A DNA stretch of 20,000 nucleotides from Craspedostauros australis. Lineage: Eukaryota. A program made the translations under genes and the position numbers. The notes beneath the pieces are model-generated. The model did no database searches. It was not told where the DNA came from and saw only the letters and a program-made list of their open reading frames with translations. Shown one piece after another: positions 19,561 through 20,000 of this stretch (positions are counted from its first letter, which is position 1; every line of letters begins with the position of its first letter). The DNA lies in NCBI GenBank assembly GCA_030167865.1, contig JALAGF010004359.1, forward strand, positions 51,404 to 71,403, read 5' to 3'.

Positions 19561-20000
19561 GACCCACTTGAGTGAACGAAGGTGCAGTCGCGCCTAGTCG
19601 TGACTCAGATTTTCGTATAATTTAAAATGACATATAAAAACACAATCTAGACCACCGTGCGATCTTATCCATATAAAAATGGTCTTCATCCGACCTTTGC
19701 TTCAAGAGTTATACGCCCTTATCTACCACGCACAACGCCGTGTTATTTTTCCTCCTCAAATTTCGGAAATGGGTCTTGGTTGTTCGTGACTTAATATTTT
19801 CGATGGTGTCTTTTCGGTTAATTACGGTTATATTTTGGCGATATGCGCCTCGTCAGCGTTTCTTTCTATCGCAACGTCACTATCTTGATGTTTTCATGAT
19901 GGGCATTTCATTGCGGTATTCTCTGGTTTCTGCGCTTGGTTGTCTTGATTCTCCTGCAGCTTCTTGTGCATGCGAATTGACTTGTTCGTCACATGCTACG

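Overview
Eukaryotic nuclear DNA, most likely from a diatom (stramenopile). This is inferred from GT-AG introns, microsatellite-rich intergenic DNA, a phosphoglycerate kinase with a mitochondrial-type presequence and two protein types typical of diatom genomes. Six protein-coding genes are supported. (1) A 3'-truncated minus-strand gene of at least 1214 codons (3644..<1), absent from the ORF track, encodes a long acidic and then Lys/Ser-rich disordered N-terminus fused to a STAND/AAA_16-type NTPase. (2) A two-exon SPX-MFS (PHT5/VPT1-type) phosphate transporter. (3) A 171-aa protein with an RVxF motif followed by an LGDNPAV-x(3)-PI-x(3)-W block. (4) An RmlD/MAT2B-like extended SDR. (5) A two-exon PGK with a 758-nt intron. 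(6) A two-exon flavin amine oxidase. Near the right end, nested palindromes precede an AT-rich tract and may mark a transposon end. No rRNA, tRNA or CRISPR array was seen. All calls come from reading the sequence; no database searches were run.
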